From assembly GCA_965237415.1 (NCBI GenBank), contig CBDEFM010000002.1, forward strand, positions 1,248,001 to 1,312,000: a stretch of DNA of 64,000 bases, in the 5' to 3' direction. The position numbers were made by a program, and so were the translations under genes. This document shows positions 34,011-43,702 of this stretch, one piece after another. The DNA comes from Alphaproteobacteria bacterium. Its GTDB lineage: Bacteria; Pseudomonadota; Alphaproteobacteria; UBA828. Position 1 is the stretch's first letter; every line of letters starts with the position of its first letter. Below the pieces are notes generated by a model. The model did no database searches. It saw nothing but the letters and a program-made list of their open reading frames with translations, and was not told the origin of the DNA.

Positions 34011-35042
34011 ATGGCGGAGACAGGTACGAGGCTCAGCACGCGGATCGATTTCGACCGCGACGGGAAGCAGTGCGACCACCTGCGCCTGCCTCATTCCGTC
34101 CACCGATCCGCCTACGGGTGGCTGCCGGTGCCGCTCGTCTGCATCCGAAACGGCGATGGGCCGACGGTGTTGCTCACGTCGGGCGTTCACGGCGACGAAT
34201 ACGAGGGGCAGGTGACGCTCACCAGGCTCATCCGCACCCTCGACCCGGCCGACGTGACCGGCCGCATCATCATCTTTCCCATGGCAAACTACCCTGCCGC
34301 AAAGGCCGGGCTCAGGACGTCGCCGATCGACGAACTCAACCTGAACCGGGTCTTCCCCGGCAAGCACGACGGGCGGCCCACCGAAATGCTGGCGCACTAC
34401 ATCGATACCGAGCTGACGCCGCGCGCGGACTACATGCTCGACCTCCATTCCGGCGGCAGCTCGCTCATGTACCTGCCCTCCCTGGTCCTCCGGGATTCGG
34501 CGATGCCGGCCGACCTGCAGGCCAAGATTATCGAGCTCGGCCGGGTCTTCGGCGCGCCCTACGGCTTCCTGTTCCCGGCGGTGCGCGGCATGGGCGGCAC
34601 CAACATGCGGGCGGCGATCGCCCGCGGCGTGGTCGCGTTCGGCACCGAGATGGGCGGTGGAGGGACGGTCACGCCCGAGTGCCTCCGCATCTGCGAGGCG
34701 GGCACCAGGCGTGTGCTCCGCCATGTCGGCGTCTGGCACGGCCCGGTCGAAGACGACGAGGAGCCGGGGGTGGAGCCGCGTCTGCTCACCGCCGAGACGT
34801 GGGACTTTTTCACCTATGCCAGCGAGGACGGCCTGTTCGAGCCCGCCGTCGAGCTCGGCGCCGAGGTGGAAAAGGGCCAGCTCGCAGGCCTGATCCACAC
34901 GCCGGAGACGCCGTGGCGGGAGCCGACCCAGGTTCGCTTCGATGAGACGGGCCTGGTCGTCTGCAAGCGGGTGCCGGGGCGGGTGGAGCGCGGCGACTGC
35001 CTGCTCCATCTCGGCGCCGAGGCGATAGACGAGAGCCAATGA
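34011..35042 (+). CDS. Succinylglutamate desuccinylase/aspartoacylase (M14) family deacylase, DoeB-like
   Basis: GVHGDEYEG, NLNRVFPG, DLHSGG, TEMGGGG motifs. Confidence 0.88.
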   Translation: MAETGTRLSTRIDFDRDGKQCDHLRLPHSVHRSAYGWLPVPLVCIRNGDGPTVLLTSGVHGDEYEGQVTLTRLIRTLDPADVTGRIIIFPMANYPAAKAGLRTSPIDELNLNRVFPGKHDGRPTEMLAHYIDTELTPRADYMLDLHSGGSSLMYLPSLVLRDSAMPADLQAKIIELGRVFGAPYGFLFPAVRGMGGTNMRAAIARGVVAFGTEMGGGGTVTPECLRICEAGTRRVLRHVGVWHGPVEDDEEPGVEPRLLTAETWDFFTYASEDGLFEPAVELGAEVEKGQLAGLIHTPETPWREPTQVRFDETGLVVCKRVPGRVERGDCLLHLGAEAIDESQ

Positions 35043-35076
35043 CGGGGTGCCACGCTGGGCGGACGAGGGGGACGGG

Positions 35077-35604
35077 ATGAGCGCGAAAGAGAGCGACGAA
35101 GGCTGGCGCGGCAAGATCGGCAAGATGAGCGCGGACGAGGTCGACGGCTTCCTTGAGGAGCCGTTCCTCGCCCGCGTCGCCTGCCTCGACGACAACGATT
35201 GGCCCTATGTGGTGCCCTGCTGGTACCAGTGGGACGGGGCTGCGCTCTGGGTCGTTCCGCGCGCGCGCTCGGCCTGGGCCCGCCACCTGGAGGCGCGGCC
35301 CCGCTGCGCAGCAACCATCGACGAATCCTCGGCTGCCGACACCGCCTCGGATACCGGCGTGCAGCGCCGCTTCCTCGCCCAGTGCGAGGCGACGATCGTG
35401 GAGCGGCCCAACGTGGGCGGCCGTTGGGTGGAGGTCGCCCGCGCCATGTCGATCCGCTACTACGGCGAGAACGGCCCCAGCTATCTCGAGCCCACCATGA
35501 GCTGGAAGCGCTGGCTGATCCGCCTCGACCCCGTGCGTATCCAGACATGGCAGGGCATCGCCTGGCCCGAGCGCTATCTGGAGGGCGACGCCGTCGCCCG
35601 TTGA
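35077..35604 (+). CDS. Pyridoxamine 5'-phosphate oxidase family (split-barrel) protein
   Basis: FLEEPFLARVAC..WPYVVPCWY..RPRCAATID pattern. Confidence 0.8.
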   Translation: MSAKESDEGWRGKIGKMSADEVDGFLEEPFLARVACLDDNDWPYVVPCWYQWDGAALWVVPRARSAWARHLEARPRCAATIDESSAADTASDTGVQRRFLAQCEATIVERPNVGGRWVEVARAMSIRYYGENGPSYLEPTMSWKRWLIRLDPVRIQTWQGIAWPERYLEGDAVAR

Positions 35605-35638
35605 GCAGAGTCGACGCGTCGCACCGGCTCGATCAGTG

Positions 35639-36058
35639 TCAGTCCGCGTTGCCCCGCTTGGCGCCACCCAGAAAAGCCGCATCGACATCGACGGCGTAGC
35701 CGTTGGCCAACGCGTTGGTCTCGTTCGCCATGCCCACCACCGCCATGAGCTCGGCCAGCATCGCGTCGGTCATGCCCTGCCGCCGCGCGCCTGCGGTGTG
35801 GGAGCGGATGCAGTATTCGCAGCCGTTGGTAGCGCTCACCGCGACGTAGATCATCTCCTTGGTGAGCGGATCGAGGGCGCCGGGCGCCATCACCTGCTTG
35901 ATGCTCTTCCAGGTCCGCTCCAGGGTCGGCGGATGGTTCGCCAGCATCTTCCAGAAGTTGTTGATCCAGTCGGTCTTGCGGGTCTCCATGATGTCGTCAT
36001 AGACCGCGCGGACCTCCGGCGGGGCGTCGTCGTACTCCACCATCGAGACCGTCGCCAT
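35639..36058 (-). CDS. Carboxymuconolactone decarboxylase/AhpD-like protein
   Basis: KEMIYVAVSATNGCEYCIRSH (CxxC) motif. Confidence 0.9.
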   Translation of the reverse strand: MATVSMVEYDDAPPEVRAVYDDIMETRKTDWINNFWKMLANHPPTLERTWKSIKQVMAPGALDPLTKEMIYVAVSATNGCEYCIRSHTAGARRQGMTDAMLAELMAVVGMANETNALANGYAVDVDAAFLGGAKRGNAD

Positions 36059-36142
36059 GCTCTCCTCCCACGATGCATTGCAGTTGATGCCGGGATAACC
36101 CGAATGAGGCAGCGCGACCAGAGTGCCGCGACGTGCGGGCGT

Positions 36143-37747
36143 TCAGAGATCCCCGCGGCCCATCTGACGCGCGATGCGACCCGCCTGGCGCAGCGCAAGA
36201 GCGACGATGGTGAGCGTGGGATTGCCGGCGATCGACGACGTGAACTGGCTGCCGTCGGAGACGAAGAGGTTGGGGATCTCGTGGCTCCGGCCCCAGCGGT
36301 CGACCACGCCGGCGTCGGGATCGGCGCTCATGCGACAGGTGCCCAGATTGTGCGAGACCGGCAACGGCGGCGAGCAGAACACGCGTACCGCGCCGGCCGC
36401 CTCCAGGAGCGCGATTCCGTTGCGGTAGCCGTAGCGCTTCATCGCGAGGTCGTTGGGGTGATCGTCGAGGTGGAGGCTGGGAATCGGCAGCCCGTGCTGG
36501 TCCTTCTCGCTGGGGTGCAGCGTCACCCTATTGGAGGCGATGGCGAGGTCCTCGCCGTTCATGAAGAGGCCCCCCATGCGCTCATAGGCCTCGATCCAAC
36601 TCGTGTAGTCGCGGCCCCAGCGCCCCGGGCTGAGGAAAGCCGCAAAGAAGGGCAGGCCGAGGCCGATGGTGCCGTAGAAGAAGCCGCCGGCGAAGCCGCG
36701 CGACGGATCGTGCCGCGCCTCGTCTTTGATGATGCCGGAGCAGACCACGCCGCGGTACATGCGCACAGGCTTTGGGAACTCGGCGTACATGTAGGCGGTC
36801 GTGTGGCGCATGTAGTGCTTGCCGACCATGCCCGATCCGTTGGCGAGCCCATCGGGCCAGGCGCTCGACTCCGAGTTGAGCAGAAGCCGTGCGGTCTCGA
36901 TCGAGTTGGCCGCCACGCAGACCAGCCGCGCCTTCTGCAGATGATGGCTCCCGCCGGCGTCGGCATAGAGGACTCCGCTGGCGCGGCCGCGGTCGTCATG
37001 CTCGATGCGGAGCGCCATGCAGCGGGTGCGGATCTCGCAGCGGCCGGTCGCCTCCGCGCGGGGCAGCTCCGAGACGAAGGTGGACCACTTGCCGCCCGAC
37101 TTGCAGCCCTGCATGCAAAAACCAATCTGATCGCAGGCGTTGCGACCGTCACGGGGCACCGCGTTGATGGCCACGTTGTTGGGGCCGTAGTCGCGATAGC
37201 CCATGCGTTTCGCGCCGAGTGCCATGACCCGGTAGTTGTTGGAACCCCGCTGCAGCGGGATGTCGCCCCGCCCGGTAACGCCCATCTTGCTCTCGGCCTC
37301 GCGCAAGAAGGGCTCCATCTCGTCGAAGTCGACCGGCCAGTCCTCCAGAGCCGCGCCATCGACATCGCCGTAAGTGGAGCGCACCTTGAACTCGTAAGGC
37401 CGCGGGCGCGGGCACATGGCCGCCCAATGGAGGGTGGTGCCGCCCAGCCCCTTGCAGGTCCAGGTCGGTGCCGTCGGGTAGTCGCGGGCGATGGGGGAGG
37501 CGCCGGTGCAGGCGCGCGTGTCCTTCCACGTGAGGCGGTCGTACATCGCCCACTCGTCGTTGACGAAATCGCTCATCTTGAAGCGCGGCCCTGCCTCCAG
37601 CACGACCACGTCGATCCCCCGCCGGGTCAGCTCGTCGGCAATGGTCCCGCCACCGGCGCCCGAGCCGATGATGACAACGACGCTGTCGTCGTTCAGGTCG
37701 TAGGTGACGGCGGGGACGTCGTCGTCATCGAGGTGAGGCGCGATCAT
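36143..37747 (-). CDS. GMC family flavoprotein oxidoreductase
   Basis: IIGSGAGGG, GLGGTTLHW, CDQIGFCMQGC, HNLGTCRM, NPTLTI motifs. Confidence 0.92.
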   Translation of the reverse strand: MIAPHLDDDDVPAVTYDLNDDSVVVIIGSGAGGGTIADELTRRGIDVVVLEAGPRFKMSDFVNDEWAMYDRLTWKDTRACTGASPIARDYPTAPTWTCKGLGGTTLHWAAMCPRPRPYEFKVRSTYGDVDGAALEDWPVDFDEMEPFLREAESKMGVTGRGDIPLQRGSNNYRVMALGAKRMGYRDYGPNNVAINAVPRDGRNACDQIGFCMQGCKSGGKWSTFVSELPRAEATGRCEIRTRCMALRIEHDDRGRASGVLYADAGGSHHLQKARLVCVAANSIETARLLLNSESSAWPDGLANGSGMVGKHYMRHTTAYMYAEFPKPVRMYRGVVCSGIIKDEARHDPSRGFAGGFFYGTIGLGLPFFAAFLSPGRWGRDYTSWIEAYERMGGLFMNGEDLAIASNRVTLHPSEKDQHGLPIPSLHLDDHPNDLAMKRYGYRNGIALLEAAGAVRVFCSPPLPVSHNLGTCRMSADPDAGVVDRWGRSHEIPNLFVSDGSQFTSSIAGNPTLTIVALALRQAGRIARQMGRGDL

Positions 37748-38181
37748 CGGTCGGCCTCCGTCTCGGTGCTCTCCTCGGAGATCCAGTCGATATCGTCGAA
37801 ACCGCGCTCGATGTAGCCGCCGAGATGAGACGACGCACCCTCGTAGCCGAAGCGCGGCCAGAGCGCCCGGTCGTCATAGAGGTGGCGCGCCGTCGCCGCG
37901 CGCATGGCCTCGAAGAAAGGCGAGCCCTCGATCGCCTGGACCGCAGCGAGCTTCTCCTTCTCCTCGAGGCCGACGAAGGGGCGGCCCCTGGCCTCATCCA
38001 GCGCCGCGGCTCCATCCGCCAGCAACGCGTGCTGCGCGGCGTCCGCCTCCGTCGCCACGATCTTGACCACCCGGCGGTAGGAGGCGTCGTCGAGGAAGTC
38101 GTGGGGATAGAGAACGCGCGCCATCGCCGTCAGCGTCTCGGCTGTGTGGGAGTCGAGCGCTTCGTCAGGTGTCGATGCCAT
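37744..38181 (-). CDS. Gluconate 2-dehydrogenase subunit 3-like partner protein
   Basis: LYPHD and WPRFGYEG..RGFDDIDW motifs; ATGA overlap with the GMC gene. Confidence 0.8.
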   Translation of the reverse strand: MASTPDEALDSHTAETLTAMARVLYPHDFLDDASYRRVVKIVATEADAAQHALLADGAAALDEARGRPFVGLEEKEKLAAVQAIEGSPFFEAMRAATARHLYDDRALWPRFGYEGASSHLGGYIERGFDDIDWISEESTETEADR

Positions 38182-39496
38182 AGCTCTTCGCCACCAGCTC
38201 GATGGGGTGATGGGCGCGCGCAGGAGGTGCGCGGCCTTCGCCGAACCGCTCCATCCCCTGCACGATTTGGTCGCCGGCGAGCGGGCACTCCGAGGCAATG
38301 TAGGCGCGGCCGCTCTCGGCCGCCTGCCGGATGACCGGCTCGCCGACCTTCATGCCGGTCTCGAAGTTCTGCTTCATCACACCCCAGGTGCCGCCATGCC
38401 CCGCGCAGCGCTGCATCATCAGCACGTTGCACGCGGGGATCATGCGCAGCATGACCGCAGCCTTCGCACCGATGTTCTGGGCCCTTGCATGACAGGCCTG
38501 GTGGAGCGCGACATCGCCGTCGAGCGGCATCATTCCCTCGGCAAGCCCCTCGCTCCGGGCGATATCGATGACATACTCGGAAATGTCGCTCGTGTGCCGG
38601 GCAAGGCGCGCCACCGCCGGGTCCTCGGGCAGGTGGAGCGGCCATATGGTCTTCATCATCAGCGCGCAGGACGGGATGGGAGCGATCACGTCCCATCCAC
38701 GTTCGATCCAGGGACCGAGCGTCGCAGCGATACGCCGGGCGCGCCGGCACACCTCGGCGATATCGCCCCGCTCCAACTGCGGCATCCCGCAGCATGCGTC
38801 GTAGACAACCTCGGTCTCGACCCCGTTCTTCGCGAGCACGCCCTGGGCAGCGCGGCCAATCCCGGGATTGTTGTACTCGACGAAGCAAGTGGCGTAGAGC
38901 ACGGCCTTGCGCCCCGCGGCCGGCGCGCTCGCATCGACCGAAGGCGGGGTCTCAGCGGCCCGCCGGCTGAACCTGCGGGCATGGAAGCGGGGCAGCACTG
39001 CATCGCGGTGAATACCGGCAAGCGCCTCCATGAGCGGCCTCGTGAGCCGATTGCCGCGGCGCGCTGCCCAGTTGGCGAGCGGCGCGAGAGCGCCGAGCAA
39101 CCGGCCGTTGCGGTCGGTGGCGCCCAACGCCCGCTCGGCAGGGCCGACCCTTCCGTCGTGCAGGGCGTGCGCCCGCTGACGCATCATCAGGGCGGGAAAA
39201 TCCACCGCGTGTACGTGCGGCGGCGTGTAGGGACAGACCGGATAGCACATGTCGCAGAGCGTGCAGGCCGCGCCCACGCTCTCGAAGCCGGCGCTCGTCA
39301 CCGCGTCGACGGCACCCGCACGGTCGATCAGATCGAAGAGCCTCGGAAAACTCTCGCAGAGGTCTTCGCAGCGGCGGCAGGTGTGGCAGACGCCAGCCAC
39401 GCGGCGCAGCTCGCTGTCGAGCGCGCCCGCGTCGAGGTATGCCGGCGCCTCCCAGTCGATGGCGGGCCGTGGAGCGGGGCGCTCCTGCCCCGCCAC
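38165..39496 (-). CDS. Fe-S oxidoreductase with CCG domains (GlpC/heterodisulfide reductase-related)
   Basis: CHTCRRCEDLC, CTLCDMCYPVCP, ACCGMP, RCAGHGG, SECP motifs; GTG start inferred. Confidence 0.85.
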   Translation of the reverse strand: MAGQERPAPRPAIDWEAPAYLDAGALDSELRRVAGVCHTCRRCEDLCESFPRLFDLIDRAGAVDAVTSAGFESVGAACTLCDMCYPVCPYTPPHVHAVDFPALMMRQRAHALHDGRVGPAERALGATDRNGRLLGALAPLANWAARRGNRLTRPLMEALAGIHRDAVLPRFHARRFSRRAAETPPSVDASAPAAGRKAVLYATCFVEYNNPGIGRAAQGVLAKNGVETEVVYDACCGMPQLERGDIAEVCRRARRIAATLGPWIERGWDVIAPIPSCALMMKTIWPLHLPEDPAVARLARHTSDISEYVIDIARSEGLAEGMMPLDGDVALHQACHARAQNIGAKAAVMLRMIPACNVLMMQRCAGHGGTWGVMKQNFETGMKVGEPVIRQAAESGRAYIASECPLAGDQIVQGMERFGEGRAPPARAHHPIELVAKSYGIDT

Positions 39497-39512
39497 GTCC
39501 TGCCCGCCGCTC

Positions 39513-40859
39513 TCAGCCGAGGACGACGCGGGTGGACTCGGCAATGATCTCCACCGACCGATCGATGGTCTCGTCGTCGATGACGATCGGCGGCGCGATG
39601 AAGAACACGTCCGGCCGTATGCGGCTGAAGAGGCCGCGCGCCATCGCCTCGGCGTTGATCTTGGCGGCGATGCCGTCGGCCGGATCGAAGTTCTCCTTGG
39701 TCGCCCGGTCCTTGACGTACTCGACGGCGCACATGAGCCCGAGGCCGCGGATGTCGCCGACATGGGGATGATCGGCGAGCGCGTCCTTGAGGCCTACCAG
39801 GAGTCGCTTGCCTTTCACCGCGGCCTGGCCGGGGAAATCCTCCCGCTCGATCAGATCGATCATGGCGCAGCCGATGGCGCAGCCGGTGGGATGCGCGCTG
39901 TAGGTGTAGGCGTGCATCCAGGGCTTGCCGCTCTCGTGCATCGTGTTGGCGATCTCGTCGCTGATCCCGATGCCGCCGAGGGAGAAGTAGCCCGAGGTGA
40001 TGGCCTTGGCGAACTGGATCATGTCTGGCTCGACGCCCCAGTGCTGCAGGCCAAACATCTTGCCGGTTCGCCCGAACCCGGTGATGACCTCGTCGGAAAC
40101 CAGCAAGACGTCGTACTTGTCGCAGATCTCGCGGATGCGCGGGAAGTAGTCGGGCTGGGGCGGGATCACGCCGCCGCCGCCCTGCACCGGCTCGGCAATG
40201 AACATCGCGATCGTTTCCGGCCCCTCGGCGAGGATCGCCTTCTCCAGTTCATCGGCCGCAGCAATCCCCTGGCTCACCGCGCCCTCCGGCGCTTCGTAGC
40301 GATAGGGGTAGGGGCTCGGGATGTGGATGAAGCCCGGGATGCGCGGCTCGAACATGGGCCAGTAGATGCTCATGCCCGTCGCGCACATGGCAGCGAGCGT
40401 GACACCGTGATAGCCCCAGATACGAGAGATGACCTTGGTCTTCTCGGGCCGCCCCTTCAGCTTCCAATAGTAGCGGGCCATCTTGATGTTGCTGTCGGTC
40501 GCCTCGCCGCCGCCCGACGTGAAATAGAAGTGATTGATGTTCGGGTAGGTGATCCGGGCGAGCTTCTCGGCAAGCTCGATCGCGCGCGGGTTGGAACTGC
40601 CGGCATAGCCGGAGGCGTAGGCCAATTCGGCAAGCTGCTTGCTGCCGGCGTCGATGAGGTCGCGGCAGCCATTGCCGGCCGTGTTGTTCCAGAGGCCGGA
40701 GAGGCCGTCGATGAAGCGATCCCCGTTCGCATCGACGAGGAAGGCCCCGTCACCGCCGACCCAGACCTTGCCGGTGGAATGGGTGGCTTGGCTGTGCAAC
40801 GGATGGAGCAGGTGCGCGCGATCTCGATCGAGCAGCGCAGCTTCGGCGTCGTTGGACAT
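39513..40859 (-). CDS. Class III PLP aminotransferase (omega-amino acid type)
   Basis: DGLSGLW, YHG, AEPVQGGGG, DEVITGFGRTG, FAKAITSGY motifs. Confidence 0.93.
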   Translation of the reverse strand: MSNDAEAALLDRDRAHLLHPLHSQATHSTGKVWVGGDGAFLVDANGDRFIDGLSGLWNNTAGNGCRDLIDAGSKQLAELAYASGYAGSSNPRAIELAEKLARITYPNINHFYFTSGGGEATDSNIKMARYYWKLKGRPEKTKVISRIWGYHGVTLAAMCATGMSIYWPMFEPRIPGFIHIPSPYPYRYEAPEGAVSQGIAAADELEKAILAEGPETIAMFIAEPVQGGGGVIPPQPDYFPRIREICDKYDVLLVSDEVITGFGRTGKMFGLQHWGVEPDMIQFAKAITSGYFSLGGIGISDEIANTMHESGKPWMHAYTYSAHPTGCAIGCAMIDLIEREDFPGQAAVKGKRLLVGLKDALADHPHVGDIRGLGLMCAVEYVKDRATKENFDPADGIAAKINAEAMARGLFSRIRPDVFFIAPPIVIDDETIDRSVEIIAESTRVVLG

Positions 40860-41101
40860 CTCAGGCGTTCCTCCCCGTATGCGACCGCGCGTTTGCGCGC
40901 TCGGCCTGTTCTCGCGCACAAGTGTGCGCTGCGAGGGCGGGTTCGATCAAGTGACGCAGGCGCGGCCCGATACTCAAGGAATTGCGACGGCCGTAGCGGC
41001 AGCCGGAGAAAACCGTTTGGCGGTTTCTCTCGAATGGGCGTAAAGGTGCGCGTAGTGCAGACCGATACGAAACCCTGCGGCGATCGCGACGCGTTTGGCC
41101 G

Positions 41102-41548
41102 ATGAACGATAGCGTAACCGACAACACGTTTGAGCTGTCGCTGGTCAACGATCTGCAGGAGATCGGCGCCGCAGCCGTGAAAATCGACGAGTATTGCGAG
41201 GCACGGGGGCTCTCGCCGCAGATCGCCTACGCGGTCAATCTTTCGATCGACGAGATCCTGACCAACACGATCAGCTACGGTTACGATGACGACGAGCAGC
41301 ACCGGATCGACCTCACGCTCCGCGTAGACGGCGAAACGCTCGTGGTGGTGATCGTGGACGACGGCCGCGCATACGATTCCTCGCTGACACAGGACCCCGA
41401 TGTCGAAGCCACGCTCGAAGAGCGCGCGCTCGGCGGGCTCGGCCTCTTTCTCGTGCAGCAGATGATGGACGACGTGGCGTATCAGCGCAGGGACGAACGC
41501 AACGTCATCACGCTTATGAAGAGCACGGCCGAAGAGGGAGAACGGTAG
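41102..41548 (+). CDS. RsbW-like anti-sigma factor Ser/Thr kinase (HATPase)
   Basis: DEILTNTISYG, DDGRAYD, GGLGLFLV motifs. Confidence 0.88.
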   Translation: MNDSVTDNTFELSLVNDLQEIGAAAVKIDEYCEARGLSPQIAYAVNLSIDEILTNTISYGYDDDEQHRIDLTLRVDGETLVVVIVDDGRAYDSSLTQDPDVEATLEERALGGLGLFLVQQMMDDVAYQRRDERNVITLMKSTAEEGER

Positions 41549-41587
41549 CCGCGCCTTCGAACTGCCCCGGAGGTACGTCTCTATATA

Positions 41588-43390
41588 TTACGAAGTCGGC
41601 TCGTCGGGCGAAGTCGGCTCGGCGCGGGCCGTGCGCTCGCGGGCGGTCGCGGCACCATCGAGCGCAAACGTATCGGTGACGACCACGCCGTAATCGCGCA
41701 GCGCCGCCTCGGCGCTGGTGTGGCCATCGGCAACATCCGCCGCCACCTGTTCGGGCGGGCGAAGCAGCGGATCGCCGTAGCCGCCGCCGCAGCCGGAGGT
41801 AACGATCACGCGGTCGCCGGCTGCCCCTTTCATATGGGCAAGCTTGGACGGCAGCGCTTGCGTTGAGCCATCGGCGCGGACCAGGGTGATGCTGTTCGCT
41901 CGGCCTTCAGCGCCGCCGTCGTGGCCCCAGGGCGGGAAGCGCTGGCCCTCGCCCTCGATCGAGAAGCCGGCATCGTCGAGCAGCTCGGTTTCGCGGATCG
42001 GTCCGATCCCGCCCCGCCAACGCCCCGCCGCGCAGCCCTCCTCGCGTAGCTCGTAGCGGTGGACGCGCAGGGGAAAGTGAGATTCGACGTCCTCGATCGG
42101 GTTGTTCCGCGTGTTGGTGAAGAGGATGTCCACCGCGTCCATGCCGTCCTTGCCGGCGCGCCCGCCGTAGGCGCCCTCGTAGATCTCCATGTGGACCCAG
42201 TGTCGCTCACCGCGCAGCCCGCTGTAGGCGACGACGTTGAGGTTGCTGACGCCGGCCGAAATTTGGTCCGGCACAGCCTGGGCAAGCGCCTTCATGATCG
42301 TGTCGGCGCATTGAATCCCCGGGCAGGCGCGCGCAATCGTGGGCGCGGGGAACGTGGGGTTCACCAGAGTCCCCTTCGGTGCCACGAGATGGATCGGCCG
42401 GGTCAGCCCGGCGTTGAGCGGTATCCTGCCGTGCACCGCAGAATCCAGGAGGATCGAGCGGAGCGTCATCCAGACCGCGCAATCGACCGTGCCGCGGAGC
42501 GGCATGTTGATCGGCCGGTCGTCGACCTGTGCTGCCGTACCGGTGAAATCGACCGTGATGTCGCTGCCCGAGACGGTCACCGCGACCGCGATGGGGAGTT
42601 CGCGTCGCGCCGGGTCGTCGTCGTCCAGGAAGCCGTCGATCGCGCCCTCGGCGCAATAGCGCCCGTCCGGCAGCGCCTCGATGGACTGGCGCATCATTCG
42701 CTCGGAGTAGTCCATGAGTGCTGTGCAGGCCGCCTGCACAGTCGCAAGACCGTAGCGATCAATCAGGCGGAGAAAGGCCTCGGCGCCGATCCGGGCGGCG
42801 GCGATCTGCGCCTCCATGTCGCCCAGCACTAGGTGGGACGCGCGGATATTGTCAGCCAGCACCGCCCAGAGCGTCGTGTTCTTGACCCCCTTGTCGTAGA
42901 TCTTGAGGCCCTTGAGTTGAATTCCCTCGGCATAGGCGTCGACCGCATCGACGATGCCGGCGCTGCCGGGCGTGTGGGCGCCGATATCGACGTGATGAGC
43001 GGCAGTCCCGGTGAAGCCGACCAGCGCGCCCTCGTGGAAGACGGGCACACAAAACGCGACATCGGGCACGTGGCTCGCGCCGCCATAGGCGTCGTTGTGG
43101 ATGTACACGTCGCCCGGCTCGATCGCCTCCCCGCGCCTCTCGAGCGCGGCGCGAATCCCGCGCACATAGCCCGGCAACGGCCCAGACTGGAGAGGTGTGC
43201 TCTGCGGCGTCTCCGCGATCTGATTGCCCGCCGCATCCATCACGGCAGCGCCGAAATCCTCGGACTCCCGTATCAAGCTCGAATGCGACATGCGCATGAG
43301 CTTGAGGCCCATCTCAACGGCAATCGTCTCCAGCGCGCCGCCGATCACGTTCGCCGTGATGGGATCGATCGTGGCCGCGGACCGTTTCAC
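41588..43390 (-). CDS. Hydantoinase B/5-oxoprolinase family protein
   Basis: HNDAYGGASHVPD, AHHVDIG, NNPIEDVE, GGGYGDP motifs; start uncertain (43390-43468). Confidence 0.9.
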   Translation of the reverse strand: MKRSAATIDPITANVIGGALETIAVEMGLKLMRMSHSSLIRESEDFGAAVMDAAGNQIAETPQSTPLQSGPLPGYVRGIRAALERRGEAIEPGDVYIHNDAYGGASHVPDVAFCVPVFHEGALVGFTGTAAHHVDIGAHTPGSAGIVDAVDAYAEGIQLKGLKIYDKGVKNTTLWAVLADNIRASHLVLGDMEAQIAAARIGAEAFLRLIDRYGLATVQAACTALMDYSERMMRQSIEALPDGRYCAEGAIDGFLDDDDPARRELPIAVAVTVSGSDITVDFTGTAAQVDDRPINMPLRGTVDCAVWMTLRSILLDSAVHGRIPLNAGLTRPIHLVAPKGTLVNPTFPAPTIARACPGIQCADTIMKALAQAVPDQISAGVSNLNVVAYSGLRGERHWVHMEIYEGAYGGRAGKDGMDAVDILFTNTRNNPIEDVESHFPLRVHRYELREEGCAAGRWRGGIGPIRETELLDDAGFSIEGEGQRFPPWGHDGGAEGRANSITLVRADGSTQALPSKLAHMKGAAGDRVIVTSGCGGGYGDPLLRPPEQVAADVADGHTSAEAALRDYGVVVTDTFALDGAATARERTARAEPTSPDEPTS

Positions 43391-43495
43391 CCTGAGCCCC
43401 TCCCCCGCTTCGTGATAGGCCTCACCTGCCATCTCCATCATAGCGGCTGACGGCGCCGGCCCGAACACTCCACCCCGAGTGCGGCGTTTCAGGCG

Positions 43496-43702
43496 ATGGC
43501 TGCGAGAGTACTTGGCGCGCCTCAGCTGCCGATGCTGTCGGGGATACCCGTCTGCCTCATTGTTTTCGTCGCGAATGTCTCCCTGGCACAGTCGGACATC
43601 GCCGACACGATGGAAAACCGCCGCGCAATTGCGGAACGCTACGCCGCTCTATCGCTACCGCTGATGCTAAAGGATATCGAAGAGGCGTCGGCAGAGTCTT
43701 GA
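43496..43702 (+). pseudogene. Short exported-protein fragment, possibly a truncated DUF2059-like N-terminus
   Basis: Signal-peptide-like stretch followed by DTMENRRAIAERY; runs into the 3' end of the opposite-strand heparinase gene. Confidence 0.35.

Noticed and set aside
31985-34945. 986-aa ORF, and similar long ORFs 29627-31888, 35636-37816, 55871-58714, 59530-61905
   Set aside because: Arg/Pro/Ala-rich off-frame or antisense shadows of well-supported genes, as expected at high GC.
41004-41031. Hairpin GAGAAAACCG-TTTGG-CGGTTTCTCTC as a riboswitch or terminator
   Set aside because: It lies between divergent genes with no U-tract and no recognisable aptamer; a single imperfect stem is insufficient.
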